A stretch of 63,897 nucleotides of DNA, filler included, from Stramenopiles sp. TOSAG23-2 (GCA_900128395.1; 4 parts of 4 records of this genome joined end to end with filler, not necessarily neighbours in it); one strand, 5' to 3'; shown: positions 29,864-45,046, counted from the first letter of the whole stretch. The notes: generated from the sequence alone by a model not told the origin. Numbers and translations are program-made.

Positions 29864-30949
29864 TTACTTTAACGATTTGATCAATTTAGTTTCAATAGAT
29901 GTTGGTGATTTACTTTCAACATGTGATGCGCCAGTTGGATAACTTGGTGATTGGCTGATTCCACACATGTTATAACCACGACTTACTCTTATGTAGCCAT
30001 CTTCACCCCAAGTGTTTCCCCAACTATTTTTAACTTTCCAGTAGTCAAGACCACCATCATAATCGTATCCATATCCAACGATTAAAACACCATGATCCAA
30101 TTGTGTACCACATCCAGTATTATTAAATACACCACCTTTGTAAAATTGGAAAACCGTTTTATCTGCTTCAATTGCTACGGAAACTGGTCCTTTTGCTACT
30201 GCAACTTTTAAACTGTCTTCATCATTTTGTGGAACATCTTCATGTCCAGAAACAGTTGTTTGTTTCGTGCAAGACGTATCGCAACTTCCTTCTGACCCGG
30301 TATATGGATATGCTTTCTCGGAGCAGATACCACCATTGTTCATGATAAATTCAAATGCATTGTCCATTAAACCACCTTCACATCCATGATCCGTTGAATC
30401 ACAATCCACTAAATTTTGTTCACTCAAGCTAATAAGTTCCCCAGTAGCAATTTGTGCTGCACCTTCAACCGCACCAGTCGTACTGAAACTCCAGCAACTA
30501 CCACATTGTCCTTGGTTTTTTACATCTGTTACTGCACCTTTTTTAACCCAATCAATACTATCTGGTGTTTCCGATAACGATGCTTTTAAATTATTATTAT
30601 AATTTTTTTTGCGTCGTAAATAGGTATTTTTGGATTTGTAACCAGTATATACTTTTACAAATTCTTCTGCAGTTAAATGTGAAAATTCATTATGTCCTAC
30701 TGTATAGGTCAATCCTGGCAATTTATTATGTTCTACAATAAATTTATCGTTTTCTGCGAATGTTAACATAGCTTTTGCTTCTTCTTCAAGCGATTTGAAT
30801 TCATGTTCAAATTTATGTTTCCATACGTTAAATTTTGTTTTCAAACTTATGAGATCAGATTCTAAGTTAAATCCTTCATAATTAATATTGTATGCATTAC
30901 AACATGTTGTTGTGATTGCAACTAATGCAAGTAGTAGTATTGTTTTCAT
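29864..30949 (-). CDS. Papain-family (C1A) cathepsin L-like cysteine protease with signal peptide and I29 prodomain
   Basis: [31 protein letters not shown]. Confidence 0.97.
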   Translation of the reverse strand: MKTILLLALVAITTTCCNAYNINYEGFNLESDLISLKTKFNVWKHKFEHEFKSLEEEAKAMLTFAENDKFIVEHNKLPGLTYTVGHNEFSHLTAEEFVKVYTGYKSKNTYLRRKKNYNNNLKASLSETPDSIDWVKKGAVTDVKNQGQCGSCWSFSTTGAVEGAAQIATGELISLSEQNLVDCDSTDHGCEGGLMDNAFEFIMNNGGICSEKAYPYTGSEGSCDTSCTKQTTVSGHEDVPQNDEDSLKVAVAKGPVSVAIEADKTVFQFYKGGVFNNTGCGTQLDHGVLIVGYGYDYDGGLDYWKVKNSWGNTWGEDGYIRVSRGYNMCGISQSPSYPTGASHVESKSPTSIETKLIKSLK

Positions 30950-32029
30950 TGTTGTTTTTTATTTTATTTTTTGTCGTTTGTTTGCTTAATTCGATATAGA
31001 TAAATAAAATATTATTTTGTTTACTTTGTTTTTTGTTTTGTTTGTTTTCTTTTCTATACACCTTACACATTGTAGATTGTAGATATGTTGATGTATATGA
31101 CATTAATATAGTTTTCAATTATTGTAATAAAATAATTTGTAAAAAAAGAAGTGGTAATAAATCCAATGGTATTTACCTGCTATTCAGCTCACAAATACCT
31201 CAATCAAAGGACCAGTTTTTCAAGAAGAATTAGAATATGGTGCATAGGTTTCGCTGACCAGCATTAGCATCCGAATAGCACCCAGGGAGTACACGATTCA
31301 TTAAAATAGTTCGCCTGGATGACACACCAATTTCCAATTCATAAATGAACGATTACCAGGTATTTACTTGCGCACTGTTCTACTTTTAATACTATAGCCA
31401 TGCTGCGCAACCTCTACGGTATTCTAAAGGAACTATTAAGTATAATATTATATCCTATATATGAAATCGTAAAATCATGTGGTTCGCGTTGTATTTACCT
31501 GCTAGAGGATAAATACACTACATAGCATTATAAATGATATTCCTATAGCATACAACATAGACATAGCCTTGCGGGCTTGGATAGAGCTAGCCAGGCTAGC
31601 CCAGCTAGTCGGAACACACGACGCTCATATAGCCCAGCTAGCTCCATTTATTATAAAACTTGAAATTATCTGTTACGGATTTTACGGAGATTTATCCGGA
31701 TTTTTTTTTTATTAAAGCCCGTGGGATTCCATAGTCCTACGGCTTAAGGCAGGCACATGTTTGCTTAAAAGTTAAAATAACAGGAGAATAGCATTGTTTT
31801 TTTGACCGAAATATTTGATGAAAACCGATAATTTTGAGCTAAATGCATAAATCTCACATTTTTCAACATGGACACAGCATGGGCTGTACGGAAACCCGTA
31901 CAGGATAAATGCAAAAAAATCTATTGATCTAAATGTCTAATTTTATCGGAGATTTTACACTCATAAATACACGCTAATGATATTCCCCTATTGTTTATCA
32001 GCCCTTTTTTACCTTTTTTTTTTCTTTTT

Positions 32030-32129
32030 NNNNNNNNNNNNNNNNNNNNNNNNNNNNNNNNNNNNNNNNNNNNTTAATTAATTAANNNNNNNNNNNNNNN
32101 NNNNNNNNNNNNNNNNNNNNNNNNNNNNN
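32030..32129. other. Artificial contig spacer
   Basis: Ns flanking TTAATTAATTAA. Confidence 0.99.
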
Positions 32130-33142
32130 AACCATAAAAATGTACTTGCACTTGCAATTTGCACACGGATATGTGCCCTATCGACATCATGTCCACCTTC
32201 CACCATGCCCCATAATTTAATTTGATATTCTTCCTCCGTCCTAGCAGCCAATACAGCTTCATCGACTGTTATGAAACGTTTTATAACTGCCATACCAATA
32301 GATAATGATTTACATACAGTTGTCACAGAATATAATGCACACAATTCACTATTGCTTAAATTGCGTAAAATTGTATCTAATTCATCCAAACAATTATCTG
32401 AATGTTGTGGTTTCATAATTGTTTGTGTAGTACCTAATTGAATATTAAATTCATCGGACATCCAATCGATGATAGGATCCCATATTTCTCTTTGTTGTAA
32501 TAATAATTCTTTTTGATCACTTTCATCTGCACGAAAACATATGGTATCTGTTATTAAATATCGTTTCAATTCAACAATAACATCTTCGATACATTCAGGA
32601 TATTGATCAATATATGCACATACAATCGCAGTTAATGGCATAATAGAAGGTTCAATTTTTGTTTTTTGATTATCCCATTCTTGTGCAATTGCAAATGCTA
32701 GTTCCTCATTTGGTGTTTTAATAATATTTTTACGTGGTGTACGTACAGGTTTATCATCTAATTGGATCAACCAAGTATTTTCATTATCATCATGCATATG
32801 TGTAGCATTTTTATAAAATTTTGTCAATCCACGTATTGATTGTGCTGGTGCAACTTGTGCACCACCAAATGATTTTAAAATTTGTTGTGCAGTTTCACTA
32901 TTATTAGTATCACTATTATTTAATGGTAATGTTAAATGTGAAAAAAATCTTTTATCTTTTCTAATAGATTCTTTCAATCCATTTCTTTTTAATACGTTGG
33001 TATTTTTATTATTTAATGGTAATGTTAAATGTGAAAAAAATCTTTTATCTTTTCTAATAGATTCTTTCAATCCATTTCTTTTTAATACGTTGGTATTTTT
33101 AATAATATTATTTTGTGTACGTCTTGCAATGAATTTCAACAT
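32130..33142 (-). CDS. ATP12: Mitochondrial F1-ATPase assembly factor ATP12/ATPAF2 (3' end cut by contig edge)
   Basis: KFYKNA...LDDKPVRTP...LAFAIAQEWDNQ...MPLT...TDTICFR...ARTEEEYQIKLWGMVEGGHDVD; basic N-terminal presequence. Confidence 0.93.
32914..33100. repeat. Exact 93-bp tandem duplication in the ATP12 presequence
   Basis: KNTNVLKRNGLKESIRKDKRFFSHLTLPLNN appears twice. Confidence 0.93.
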
Positions 33143-33682
33143 GTTGGTTTTTGTTGTTGTTGGTGGTGGTGGTGGTGATGTTGGTGGTGTTGGTGTTGTT
33201 GTTGTTAAGATATGTATTTTTTAATATTATCAATTTGTTAATACCTGTAATGAATAATCGAATACATTTAAAAAACCCACACTTTTTTTTACTGTTTTTA
33301 CCTTATTATTTGAAAATTTCAGCTCGTCTTTCGTCTTGTGGTAGAGAGGATCCGATCTAGTCTTGTGACGTTCAACCATTCAGCACGGAACATCACATCA
33401 CTCCAGCACTGCCACAGCACCTGTTTATGAAAGGTGACAAATGACATATGATGTGGTGCAATATGGCATATAATAATATAATAACGACGAGGCCCGGATG
33501 ATGTGACAGATATAGAATATAGATGTACATATAGATGATATAGATACGTTACAGTATGTAGATAGATAAGATTAATATATATATATATATATATAGAACT
33601 CTCCGCCATTCCCTTGAAACAATAACATATAGTTTAATCCTACGTTATAATATCAATTTACAAACACACACACGTACTTACC

Positions 33683-34613
33683 ATGAAGAAAACAAAAACA
33701 AAAAAACAATCGTTTGCCAATCCATTGTATAGAAACAGTACCGTTTCTAAAGCAGTTAAAAAATTAGAAATGACTGTAAATATGAAACAATCCAAACACA
33801 ATAAAAATTTGTCCGACACTTCGCTTTCGCAAGTTGAAAGTGATGACGATGATGATAACGATGAATTGGAAAAAATGGTCCAAGAAAATATCGATATAAT
33901 TGAAAAAAAGCGTCCATTAGAAAAACCAAGTTGCGAAATGGTTCCTTAAATGAGAATATGCTGTATAAAAAAAAAAGCAGCTTTGGTCGAATAAATGTTG
34001 GGGGTGAAAAGGCTTGGTCGTATACTTTATCGCGTCATCTACATGAAGTTGATAAAAATATGTGGCCATTTATTTGTAGCATGGCTGTCTATGGTGTAAG
34101 TTTGGCAATATTATCATATGTGCCAGAATATCACAGACATCAAAAAATATTGAAAAATGTAAATGCAACATTATATAATACAAGTAATGCCGCATCACCG
34201 ATTTACCATACAGATCTAATATATATGATTAATATGGCAGAAGGGAAGTGGAAAGATGGTGGATACCAATGCTTATGTGAGAGGGTATAGGGTGTTTGAT
34301 AAAAGTATTTGCACAAAAAGTTTCAATGTGTAACGAAGTCTCGATTTAATTACTACCGCTACTGGTGGTATATATAATGGGTGTTAATCCTCCATTATAT
34401 ATTTTTGATATTTATTTTTTTTTTATTTACAAAATTTTTCTGTTGTATTATAATAATTTCTTTATCTTAGAGTGCTATAATATTCGCATGGTGCCAACCA
34501 CAAAATTGCAATGGCCAATATTTCATTGGAGAGATCCAAAAAACATATTAACATGGCGTATATATACATATGAAATAAACGATGTATACAAAATATTGAA
34601 AGGAAGAATATAG
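33683..34613 (+). pseudogene. Fragmented membrane-protein gene (frameshifted or spliced)
   Basis: Overlapping ORFs 33683-33949 and 33931-34290 (TM WPFICSMAVYGVSLAILSYV), then a T-rich intron-like stretch and a further coding-like piece 34470-34613. Confidence 0.35.
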
Positions 34614-34827
34614 AATAAACAGAATCAGGTTTAGATATAATTGTGCGTATATAATTAATTTTGTATATGTAATCAGTTTTTTGTTTATATATTTATATAC
34701 ATATATACGTAATTTATGATAGTTTAATATATTATCATTCATTATACAAATAAAAGAATTAGCTCAATAAATATAGAAGAATTAGCTCAATAAATAGATA
34801 GATATTTATTCATAATACTAATAAATC

Positions 34828-37800
34828 ATGAGATTAGATCAATTAACTGATGGTTTGAACTCCACGGAGCCAGAAGTTGTATGTAAAACATTACAAAACT
34901 TTCGCAATTTAATTATATTAAATTTAGCGGGAAATTTAAATGGCAGTAATACGCAAGAAGACCAGAATGGCTCAAATTTGCCAACCAGTACCTCAAATGG
35001 ATTATCTAGTATATTATTATTCCGTCAACCAATGTCTACTCCAACATCGTTGTTTTTAGAGTTTTGTACATCATCTCCGAAATTAGAGGAACTGTTTACC
35101 ATTTGGCAACTTGGCAATGAAAAGGTGTGTGTTGAAATAATTGAAACTTTTGCATTAATGTTGACGATTGGACGTCATGATGCAATCGGCCAAGCAACAA
35201 AACGTATTATACGTGAAAGAATTGATGACGGTGTAACAAATATTATTAATAAAAGTGGTTCGATTCAAGCCATACCATATATGAAATTATTTACGGCAAT
35301 TACTAGGCAAGGTATGATATCAACCAGTACATTATTATCAAAGTTAAAAGTTTCTTTTAAATCTATTTTAAAAGCTATTAGTAACTCTGGTAAAAGTAGC
35401 AGTAACAGCAATGATGGAAATAATGTAAGCAATAATAAGCAAAAACGACGATTTCGTTACAATAATACATCGGAAAGTTTAAAGTTACGATTCGAAGGTG
35501 TACGTTTTATGTTAGGTCTTTTACAATGCGGTGCTCCAGATATTCAACAGGAAATGTTAGAGCATAAAGGTTTTGTACAAACTTTAATAACAGGAATATC
35601 ACAAGATCATATATTAATTGTTGAAGATACATTATCAACTTTTGAAAAAAATGTATTGACGTCATCTAGATTATCACGATCGTTAAAAAAACGTGTATTT
35701 GGTGCCATGGTATTACGCAGTATAATTAAGCTTATTACGAAAAATTATTGTACAAATTCATTTGAAACTAGTAGTAATTATAGCAATAAAAATAAAAATC
35801 AGCAATATATTTCTGGAATTGTAGAAGGAGATGCAAATATATCGAATAGGGATACTGATAATCATAGTAATAGTAACAAGCACAATAATACTAATACTGC
35901 TAATAATAATAATAATAATAATTCAAATGCTAGGAAAAAAGCATCGTTAATAGGAATTGACTTTTTGCGAACTTTATTATGTGGAAATAATGGTAAAATA
36001 TTTTTTAGTAATACTACTAATGCAAATAACACAAAAACCAACAATATAATAAAATGCAGTCCGCTAATACACGAAGTAATTCACCAGTTATCGCCACTGC
36101 GTTTTGACAACCATCGAAAGTTAATATTAGATATATTACAAGTCCATCCGATGGCTATTGAAAAATATATATTACAATTGCCTTTTAGTATAGAACCAGC
36201 GTCAACACCGAAGTGGTATGCCGCGGTTGTATTACTGAAACAAATTTTTGAAATTGGTGAATTTATCGACTATGTGCATAAAATCAACTTTAACAATAAT
36301 CAATTACAACATCAACGTATTTTAAAAATAATTGTACCTGTTAACAATATAAAGCAAGTCATCGGACGTGGACTGCTACATAAAGATAGCAAAATATGTT
36401 TTGCATCTTTAAAATTACTTGAATCTGTTTTAAACCGTTTAGATAAGTGTCAGTCTATTTTCACTGCAAATAATAATGGCGATCATGCCAATCGTAAAAA
36501 AGAATTAAATACAAAATTGAGAGCGATGCTTCCATCATTCGGTGTTTTACAAAGCACTTTGGCAAAGCAAATGAAAAATTATATAAAAAATGACAAAGTA
36601 GCAAAAGAATCTTCTTCGAATAATGATGATGCTAGTAACGATACTTTCACTACTGTAATATCCCTTTTAGAATGTATAAAATATTACATAAAGCTTTTCC
36701 CCGCCGCCGCAAGCGATACGCAATTTGATGCTAGTCGTTTCATGGATGTTATAAATGTGGAAAAAGTCTGGAAGTTGTGTACTAATTCAATTTTAAATGT
36801 AATACATGAAAGTGCTAAAAACAACTTGTTTCATTGGAATAGATTTTTAAAATCAAATAATCAAATCTCACCCTTAAATAAAATTTTACAAATTTATATT
36901 TGCGAAGAGAAAAGTGCAAATGATGAGCGAAAAACAGTATTACAATATGAGGAAGAACGTATATTAGCTAAAAAGGTTATCTTTCAAAGTATCCTCTCCG
37001 TTGGTCTATTTTCTAGCAATAGCAGTGACATTATTAGTGGCAATGATAATATACATAATACGTATAGTGAACTTTTGAAACGTAGAGAATTGAAATTATG
37101 GCTGGAAAATATAACTACATCAATACATGTACAAATATTTGACAAGGCACTTTGCCAAATTGTGCAAAAGCCATTAAATTTCTTGCCATCATCAACGACA
37201 ACTAATACAACAGCAGATCCCAAAAATATCACTGCAATACAGTTCTCATCTTTTACAATTGCTATGCAATCGTTGCTGGTAAATTATATCACAGAAAATG
37301 GACCTCGAAAAATACCTAAAGCATATGTTAATATAGAGGAAATTGTTATCAGATATGTAATAGATGGCTTACGAAGTTTGATAAGAGTATGGCCAAGGCC
37401 ATATGATGTATTTGCATTAATAAAGCTAATATTGGTTACAGATGAAGATATTGAAATGCCGGTATACCCTTTGTCAACAATAAATACTTGCTTAGTAAAT
37501 GCAGTCATATTTATGGATGTAGTTATTAAGAACTATTCATTAGCTATGCATTTGAAAACAGATAAAGATATTAACTACGATAATTACATTGCAAAAATTG
37601 CACTTATCACGCAAACATACAAAGACAATAAAGCGTCTGTAAATGCTACAGTTTTTAATGATTTTCTTAATAATATTATTTCATCTGACGTAGTATATTC
37701 AAGTAAAGAATTAAAGAAACTGTTGGATTGGATAGATACGTCTGAAGAAATTGAAAATCAAGCAAATGATACTTTGTTTGATTTAAAAGCTGTTGCAACA

Positions 37801-40800
37801 TTGTTCGAAAGTGACAACACCAATGACATTGACAATGAAGATAATAAATTGATCAAGTTGTTGTCTTTGGTCCCAACAGATGTATTACTAATGCAACTTT
37901 TAAAATCGAAAAATAAAATTTTATCCATGTTAAATAGTAAGAAGCATAATGATTTTATCATAAATGCGTTGAAAATGCAAAATGACGGGCTTCTTTTTGA
38001 CAAACAGGGAGATGATAAATCAATGTCAAATTTATCTGCATATTGCATTTACGATGCAAGCAGAAGCAATATTTTAAATCTAATTTTTAAAAGATTTAGC
38101 TATGGAATATATGACAATATGGATTTTTTGTGGGATCTTATTAATATTGAATCTATGGCTCAAAATACTACTGGAAACGACGTCTACCTTTTTGAAGTTT
38201 TAAATTGTTTTATTGCGCATTTAAATACACACAAAGTGCTTTTGTCGCTTACAAATAATGGAGTTATAAATATCGACAAGAGGCAAATTGATTTCATACG
38301 AAGTAGTTGCAGAATACTATCTAAATGCAGTGACCAGATAAAAAAACTAAAACTTGAAATATTTCATAAAACACAAGAAGATATATATGAATGTTTGCGC
38401 ACATGCATTGAGGAGGTTGATAATACCAAAGCAAATGGCAGTGATGACAGTGAACAATTTCTGGACACTGTTGAAACAATTTCATACATGTGTGATTTAA
38501 TTGAATCAAATAGTAAACTAGAATTAGCAATGTTGCTAGTGCAAAAACTTGAACAAGCTACCATGAAAAAGCGAAAACAGATTATTTTTACTCCATTTCA
38601 ACGGAAGATTTTGTCGCTTTTGATAACCGGTGCGGCAACCAATTTATCAGAATCGCAAAACATTACCGGGACATTAAAACTGTTCAAACTATGCACTACT
38701 GTCCTTTGCCAAGGCAGTGGCCGCAATGATGATATTGATCAACATGATGCAACTGTATTAGATGAAAGTTGTTTGATTTTAACTAAATGTTTAGCATTTG
38801 TGCATACTAACGTTTTTTTAAATTATATCACGAACGAAGTGCTTGAGTTTTTATGGAATAATTGCACAAATTTAATACGAGGAGAAATTCTCTCCATCTT
38901 AACTTCCATAACAAGTAAATTTTCGAATCAAATTATAGTTTTATTAAAAGAAAAAGTAGATGCAATTAAAAATGGGTCAAGTATTGATATTACGCATTGG
39001 TCTCCATACTTGTCAACAATATTAATATTGTTTTCGAAGGTAAATAATGATGATAATCGCAACAAAGCATATTCTGTCTTAAAAAGTGAATTGTTATGTA
39101 ATATTTTGTTACAAGTATTATCAACTACTGATCCCAATATTTTAAAACAAATTAAACTTAAATCGGTCAAAACAGCTTGCTCAATCCTTCGGTTATTTTG
39201 GTGGCATTGCAATAAAGACATGGCAGAGGAGGGAAAAGTTGTTAATAATGATGAATATTCGCAACATCAAATATTACGTCAATGGTCTTTACAAATTCAA
39301 ATGCTATCCAGCAACAAAAAGGCATGTGGAACACCTTTATGTCTTGCGTTTTACACTGTGTTAACAGACATAATAAATGGAAAAACTGAAATGGAAGAAA
39401 ATTTTATGACTGGTGATAGTAACGATACGGAATTGCATGATGGCAATAGAAATAGTAACCTTGTATCAAATGTGATTTATACCTGTATGGGTCAACTAGT
39501 TGTATTGAGGTCTCGTGCTGAAAGTGCCAGTTTGCAAAAGAGGACCTGGATTAAATGCTTAGAAGAATGTATTGATTTCAACAATCGCATTAGCGATAGC
39601 AACAATAGTGAGAGCGAAGGAGCAGGTAGCAATGCGAAAAGTTTTTCAAATCAAGGGTTATCTAAAAAATTAGATACAATATTCCCAGCATTTGTTAAAG
39701 CATGTTTGAAATATGGGTATTTTGATAAGAAATTGATATCTATACTTAATGACGTTATCTTAATTCTGTTTGAAAATCGAGTAATATCTGCAACAAATGC
39801 TTCATTGCCTATTGTAAATATTTTCGATATGGTGATAGGGCATAGTAAATTTCGTGAAATAGTAAATTTAAAAGATCAGACTTGGATATTTACTTTAATT
39901 TACACATTAGCAAAAATTGATATGAAAAGTTGTTTATCAAATCAACGTGTACAATTTGTGTATCCAATATTGCTAGCTGCGTATGGGGCATCATTATCTA
40001 ATGTAGATAAAGCCATTGTCCGATTTTTATTTTTGCCTTTGAAAATTAATCCAAGGACTGGAGATATAAATTCAATCGATACATTCACTTTCTTAACAGA
40101 TGTACATTATGCATATGATGAAAATATCAAGATTCAAATGTCCAAAATTAGTAATTCTGAGAAGAGAACTAGTGAAAATGATAATGATGCTGATGATGGA
40201 GTATTATCCAGTTGGTTGTATCATGAAACAAACGGTTTATCGCTAACGAAATTAAAACAAACTCTTGAAAATTTTCCAATACGACGAACTATTGATGAGA
40301 TGTACTACTTTGATGGCGACTATGATAATGATGCAAGGAACAATTCTGATTCTGTTGCACAAGCATCATTATATGATCCGTTGTATATAATCTTAACAAT
40401 GAATATGGAATTGCTACAATCAAAAGAAATTTTAAATGTTAAAAATTTATTTGGAACAAATGTGTCATTTCTTCACTTTGCAATTTTTTCGTTGTCATCG
40501 GAATCTTCGTTTGTAAGGCAACAAAGTTACGAGTTCATATCAAAATTGTTTTCAATATTAGAAAATCATGTAAATATGTTTTCTAGTAAATTAGATTACA
40601 AAGATCCATTTCCAGAAGGGAAAGAGATATTAACCTGTTTACGCAGCTTGAAAAACTCGATTACAGAGGAAAATGAACAATTACCTGGTATGGTATGTGC
40701 ATTTATATGTGAAGGTATTAACATTTTACGGCGTGTGAATCATTGTGTTTATCCTCTTATAAACAAATTTCTGCTATCACGGCCATTTTTAGATTTAACG

Positions 40801-41619
40801 GATGTACCGATGTATTATACATTATTTAGCAGTGGAACGCCAACATATAGAATTGAACGAATGTGGATTTTAAAAACATTATGTTTCGGAGAACGTTCAC
40901 AATATGATTTGAAGTTGTTCTCAAGACGGCATGTATACAGTATGTTAATTGCACTATTTGATTCCCCTGCATCTGATCACGTGACTCGCCCCGTCATCTT
41001 GAAAATTTTTAATCGTGTACTTGCTGTTAAAGGATCTTTGAACACATTATTTCGATGTGGTTTTATCTCGTGGCTCCCAATTTTAGCATTAAAAGATCAT
41101 ATGAAATATTTATCTTATTCCATAGATGCTTGGTTTTTAATATTTGAGCAAATTCAAGATTATATGCTTTTTCAAAATGAAAATGACAAGGAGATAGAAG
41201 ATGATGATGATAACAAGATGGATCTTTCTTCAAATGATGATGACAGTGATGAAGAAAATGATGATGGTGATTTCATGTCCAAAATTCATCATGAAGATTT
41301 TAAAATGCTACAAATAAATTTAGATTTTGCAATTACCAATATATTGTTTGAGCTAATGTCGAAAATAAAAGGTATTAGTAATAGTGAAAGTGAAGGTGCA
41401 AAATATAAAGAATTGTTAAAGAAGATATTGGATTTATCTGCTCAAAGTGCTATGTATTTAAAACCTGAATTGATAATGACGTTTAGTTATGATAAAGGAA
41501 TGTTACTGGTAGATCTGTCAAAGAATAATGAAAAGAATGAAGAATCTGACTTTGAACTATTAAAATTAACTTTAGAAAATATATGTTTGCGCCTTTCATC
41601 AAGTGCAAATCAAGATCAA

Positions 41620-41660
<41 letters not shown>

Positions 41661-42237
41661 GGCTGATGATACATTGATGAAGTTAGAATCGATCATATCA
41701 TGGTCATTTGATACATATGCAGCTATGCGTGATAATTATGCTAGTATTAATAACAATAGTAACGTATCATTGACAATGTTTGGAGGAAATATGGGGAATT
41801 TTTTAAACTCATTGCCGAAACCTATGTTGAACAAAATCAATTATTCCTTACGATGTCGTCGTTCTGCTTCAAATTTTCAACATGCACTATACAATAGCAA
41901 TAGCGAAGCAGATATATATTTAGATGGATGGATCACTTCAATGAATGCATCTGAAAAAATTTTGACCGAAGTTATTGTCCCAATTACCATCATTGATGAT
42001 GCTGATGAAGTTGATGGTGGAAAGAAAATAATGAGCGGTAATAATAAGAAAAAACGTAGAATGAATGATGATGATAATAATAATAAGAAGAAGAATTCCA
42101 GCAGCAATAGCAATAATGATGATAATAATAATAATAGTAAGAAGAAGAAGCAAAAAACAAAAGTTCCAGCTGTTACTACTCGAACTACTAGGTCAATGGT
42201 TCAAAAACGAACAAGTAAAAGGCATAAAAAGATGTAG
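34828..42237 (+). CDS. URB1: Nucleolar pre-ribosomal-associated protein 1 (URB1/Npa1)
   Basis: 2469 aa; N-terminal SPKLEELFTIW; C-terminal LYDPLYII...YPLINKFLLSRPFLDLTDVPMYYTLFSS...ERMWIL...D.KLFSRRHV. Confidence 0.88.
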
Positions 42238-42556
42238 TTGATCAGAGAATTAATACAATTTCTTTTGTTGATAAACTATTATATACTCCCGTACACATTT
42301 TTATAAAACATTTATTATGATGAAGAAGTGTACGAGCTCCCAAGATCCTACGAGTACGTATTTTCAGTTTTGTAAAAATGTTAATCTAATTTTTCTTCTA
42401 TATTCAGTATATATAATTGTATTATTTTACTTTTTTTAATATAATATAAATATATATAAATATCTTTCAATTCCATCCACACATTTTAATTGGGCTTTTT
42501 TTTACAATAAATTTTAATAACGATTATTATTGACACATATGAAAAATATCATCGTC

Positions 42557-42742
42557 TTAATCCATTTTCTTCCTGTATTTAATATGTCTTTTTTCATTTG
42601 GTAATGAAAAATATAATAATACTATTCCAAAAAACATTAAAGGCACGCCATATATTATTGCATGGCTAGTGTAAAACCAAAATGCCAATACAAGTGATGC
42701 AAATAATGATACAACAATTAAAAATTCTTTATCCACCGCCAT
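42557..42742 (-). CDS. Small two-TM membrane protein, 61 aa
   Basis: ATG, two hydrophobic helices, basic C-tail. Confidence 0.5.
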   Translation of the reverse strand: MAVDKEFLIVVSLFASLVLAFWFYTSHAIIYGVPLMFFGIVLLYFSLPNEKRHIKYRKKMD

Positions 42743-43185
42743 GCTTTCACCGTTTTATTATTATGTATGTATTATATATATGTATATATATATATATGGT
42801 TGGTTCTTATCCTATTGTCTATCTATATATATATATATATACACACACATATATATATCTTCTTACATGTATATATCTATCCATTATATAACTACTGTAT
42901 CATTGAATTCAATTATTTCTATTACTTGTATATTATTATACGTGCATAGTGCATATTAATATAGTGCCCATATTATTTTAAAAATATAATACTATACCTG
43001 GTAAGTATATATATTTGTATACTAAGATTCATATTTGAAATATATTTTTATACAACAATATTATAGCACTATATATATTACATGTATAGCACTATAATAC
43101 TCTCTACTATTGTACAAATTATGATGGCATTCATCCATTCATCCGTCTATTTATATATAATATACACGTAAATTATAATATAATC

Positions 43186-44295
43186 TTACAATTTTGACAT
43201 TTGTGCAGCTTTTCGAGGAATCAAACATAATATTCTAGCCTCGCAACTTTGCCTTTCTGGTGCATCTTTACTTGTTCCTTCATCATCAAAGGATGAATGT
43301 AGTGTTGGTTGAAATGGTTTTAACTCTGAATCATATGTTTTAATTAAAAGTACTTCCGTATTAAGCATCGATGGGTAATAATACCATTGATGTAGTTCAT
43401 TATATAGACTTGAATAAAAATCTAATGATGCTTCACCACCCATACCACTACTACCACTCATACCACGTCCACCACCTACACTACTTCTACAAAGCTCGTT
43501 CATACCAACTGTTCTAGCATCGCATACTCCTAATGGAAACCTCGTTAATGGAATCTTTGAAATATTCCGCCATGAATTTACCATTACTAATCGTGAGTTA
43601 TATAATTCCTCGATTTGTACTCCAGCTTCTTTCATTTGATCTACTATTCCAAAAGTTGCCTTTCCACCTATACCTTTGTATGATTGGATTATAGCATCTT
43701 GATAATCTTCGCAAAAATCATTATGAACAAATTGTATTGGGCCTGCAACTGCAGTGAATAATTTTCCTAGCGGACCATCCGAATCGCCTGATTTTCGCAC
43801 TAAATGACCATTGCAAAAAGTCCTTGTTGCACCAGTCATACGTTTAACTAAATTTTCTATTTCACGATAATATATATCTGCAACGTGTTCAGGGTCATCC
43901 CAATTTGAAACATTTGATTTGTGATGTTCCAGTTGAAATCCTGTTTTATCTAATGCAAAAGTGTTATCTTCCAGTCTGGCATTCAAAACAATTTTGCGTT
44001 CACCATGTAATAATTTTGCAACACTTCTACTGCTATTTTTTAAAATATATTGAAGTTCTTTCCGACCTTCTTTATTTTTAAATATAGATCCGAACACATT
44101 CGTTATTGCAGCTTTATCAAATGTACCTTTTGCATCGGTTTTTGAAAAAGAACCAGCTAAATCTACATCGCCACTAAGAGTATATTTTTTTAATAAAGAT
44201 GCAAATTGAATAATACTTTCACCTTGCGCACGTATGGGATCTCCATCCGGGCTTGCAGACTTGCGATAATTAAATTGGCCATATGTACCCTTCAT
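43186..44295 (-). CDS. AsaB/CmcJ-like oxidoreductase with C-terminal peroxisomal signal SKL
   Basis: FALDKTGFQL, VHND, NSWRNI...PLGVCDART, WYYYPSM...EVLLIKTYDS, HSSF, RQSCEAR; ends MSKL; likely ATG at 44295. Confidence 0.82.
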   Translation of the reverse strand: MKGTYGQFNYRKSASPDGDPIRAQGESIIQFASLLKKYTLSGDVDLAGSFSKTDAKGTFDKAAITNVFGSIFKNKEGRKELQYILKNSSRSVAKLLHGERKIVLNARLEDNTFALDKTGFQLEHHKSNVSNWDDPEHVADIYYREIENLVKRMTGATRTFCNGHLVRKSGDSDGPLGKLFTAVAGPIQFVHNDFCEDYQDAIIQSYKGIGGKATFGIVDQMKEAGVQIEELYNSRLVMVNSWRNISKIPLTRFPLGVCDARTVGMNELCRSSVGGGRGMSGSSGMGGEASLDFYSSLYNELHQWYYYPSMLNTEVLLIKTYDSELKPFQPTLHSSFDDEGTSKDAPERQSCEARILCLIPRKAAQMSKL

Positions 44296-45046
44296 TCTGT
44301 GTATTATAATAAATAAAATGATGTATATGTATTTTGTCGTATATATTGTATACACCTTGTATTTTTTAAATGCCAGCGTTTCTGTGTGTATTGATATCAC
44401 GCCAAAAGCAAATAGCTATATAGTCTACTGTAAAAATAAAAAATGTTAATGTAAAAACCTTTCTGGCTTCCGCCTTTTTAATATTATACGTATTATTAGA
44501 CTAAATATTATTATTATTATATAGCTAAAGAACAAAGAACTATATTAGAAGAAGTTAATGTACCAGCCGCCTGAAGTTAAAGTATAATAGTCTGGAGGAA
44601 AAGTTGGAAGTCTGTGATTTTAATGCTGTGTTCTTATAAAATTGACAAAGTTCAACTCTACAACACATTTTTTTTTGAAAAAAACTGTACTTCTTACTAT
44701 ACAATTAATAGGTAATTCAATTTTTACAAATGTCGAGCTGCTACATGTATAACATGTAAAAAAAAAGATGATTAAAAAGATCAACAACACTGCTGCACTG
44801 TATTTATAATACTACTGGAACAGTGCAACAATATTACAGGTATAATAGTAAGAAGATTAAAAAACAGATGATAAATAAAGATATTCTTCTGCTATATTAT
44901 CTATATTTGAAATACATATTTAGCAGCATCTAGTATATATTGTATTAACCAAACAAATTTCATACTTGTCTTATAAAATCTTGGCACTAACCAATATCAA
45001 ACATATTCTGTGCCTGGTTTTTTAAAATTACGATACTATTCTCTAA

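Noticed and set aside
35862-42959. Many 60-100 aa ORFs rich in L/I/Y on alternative frames
   Set aside because: By-products of (AAT)n/(TA)n low-complexity sequence and antisense frames of URB1
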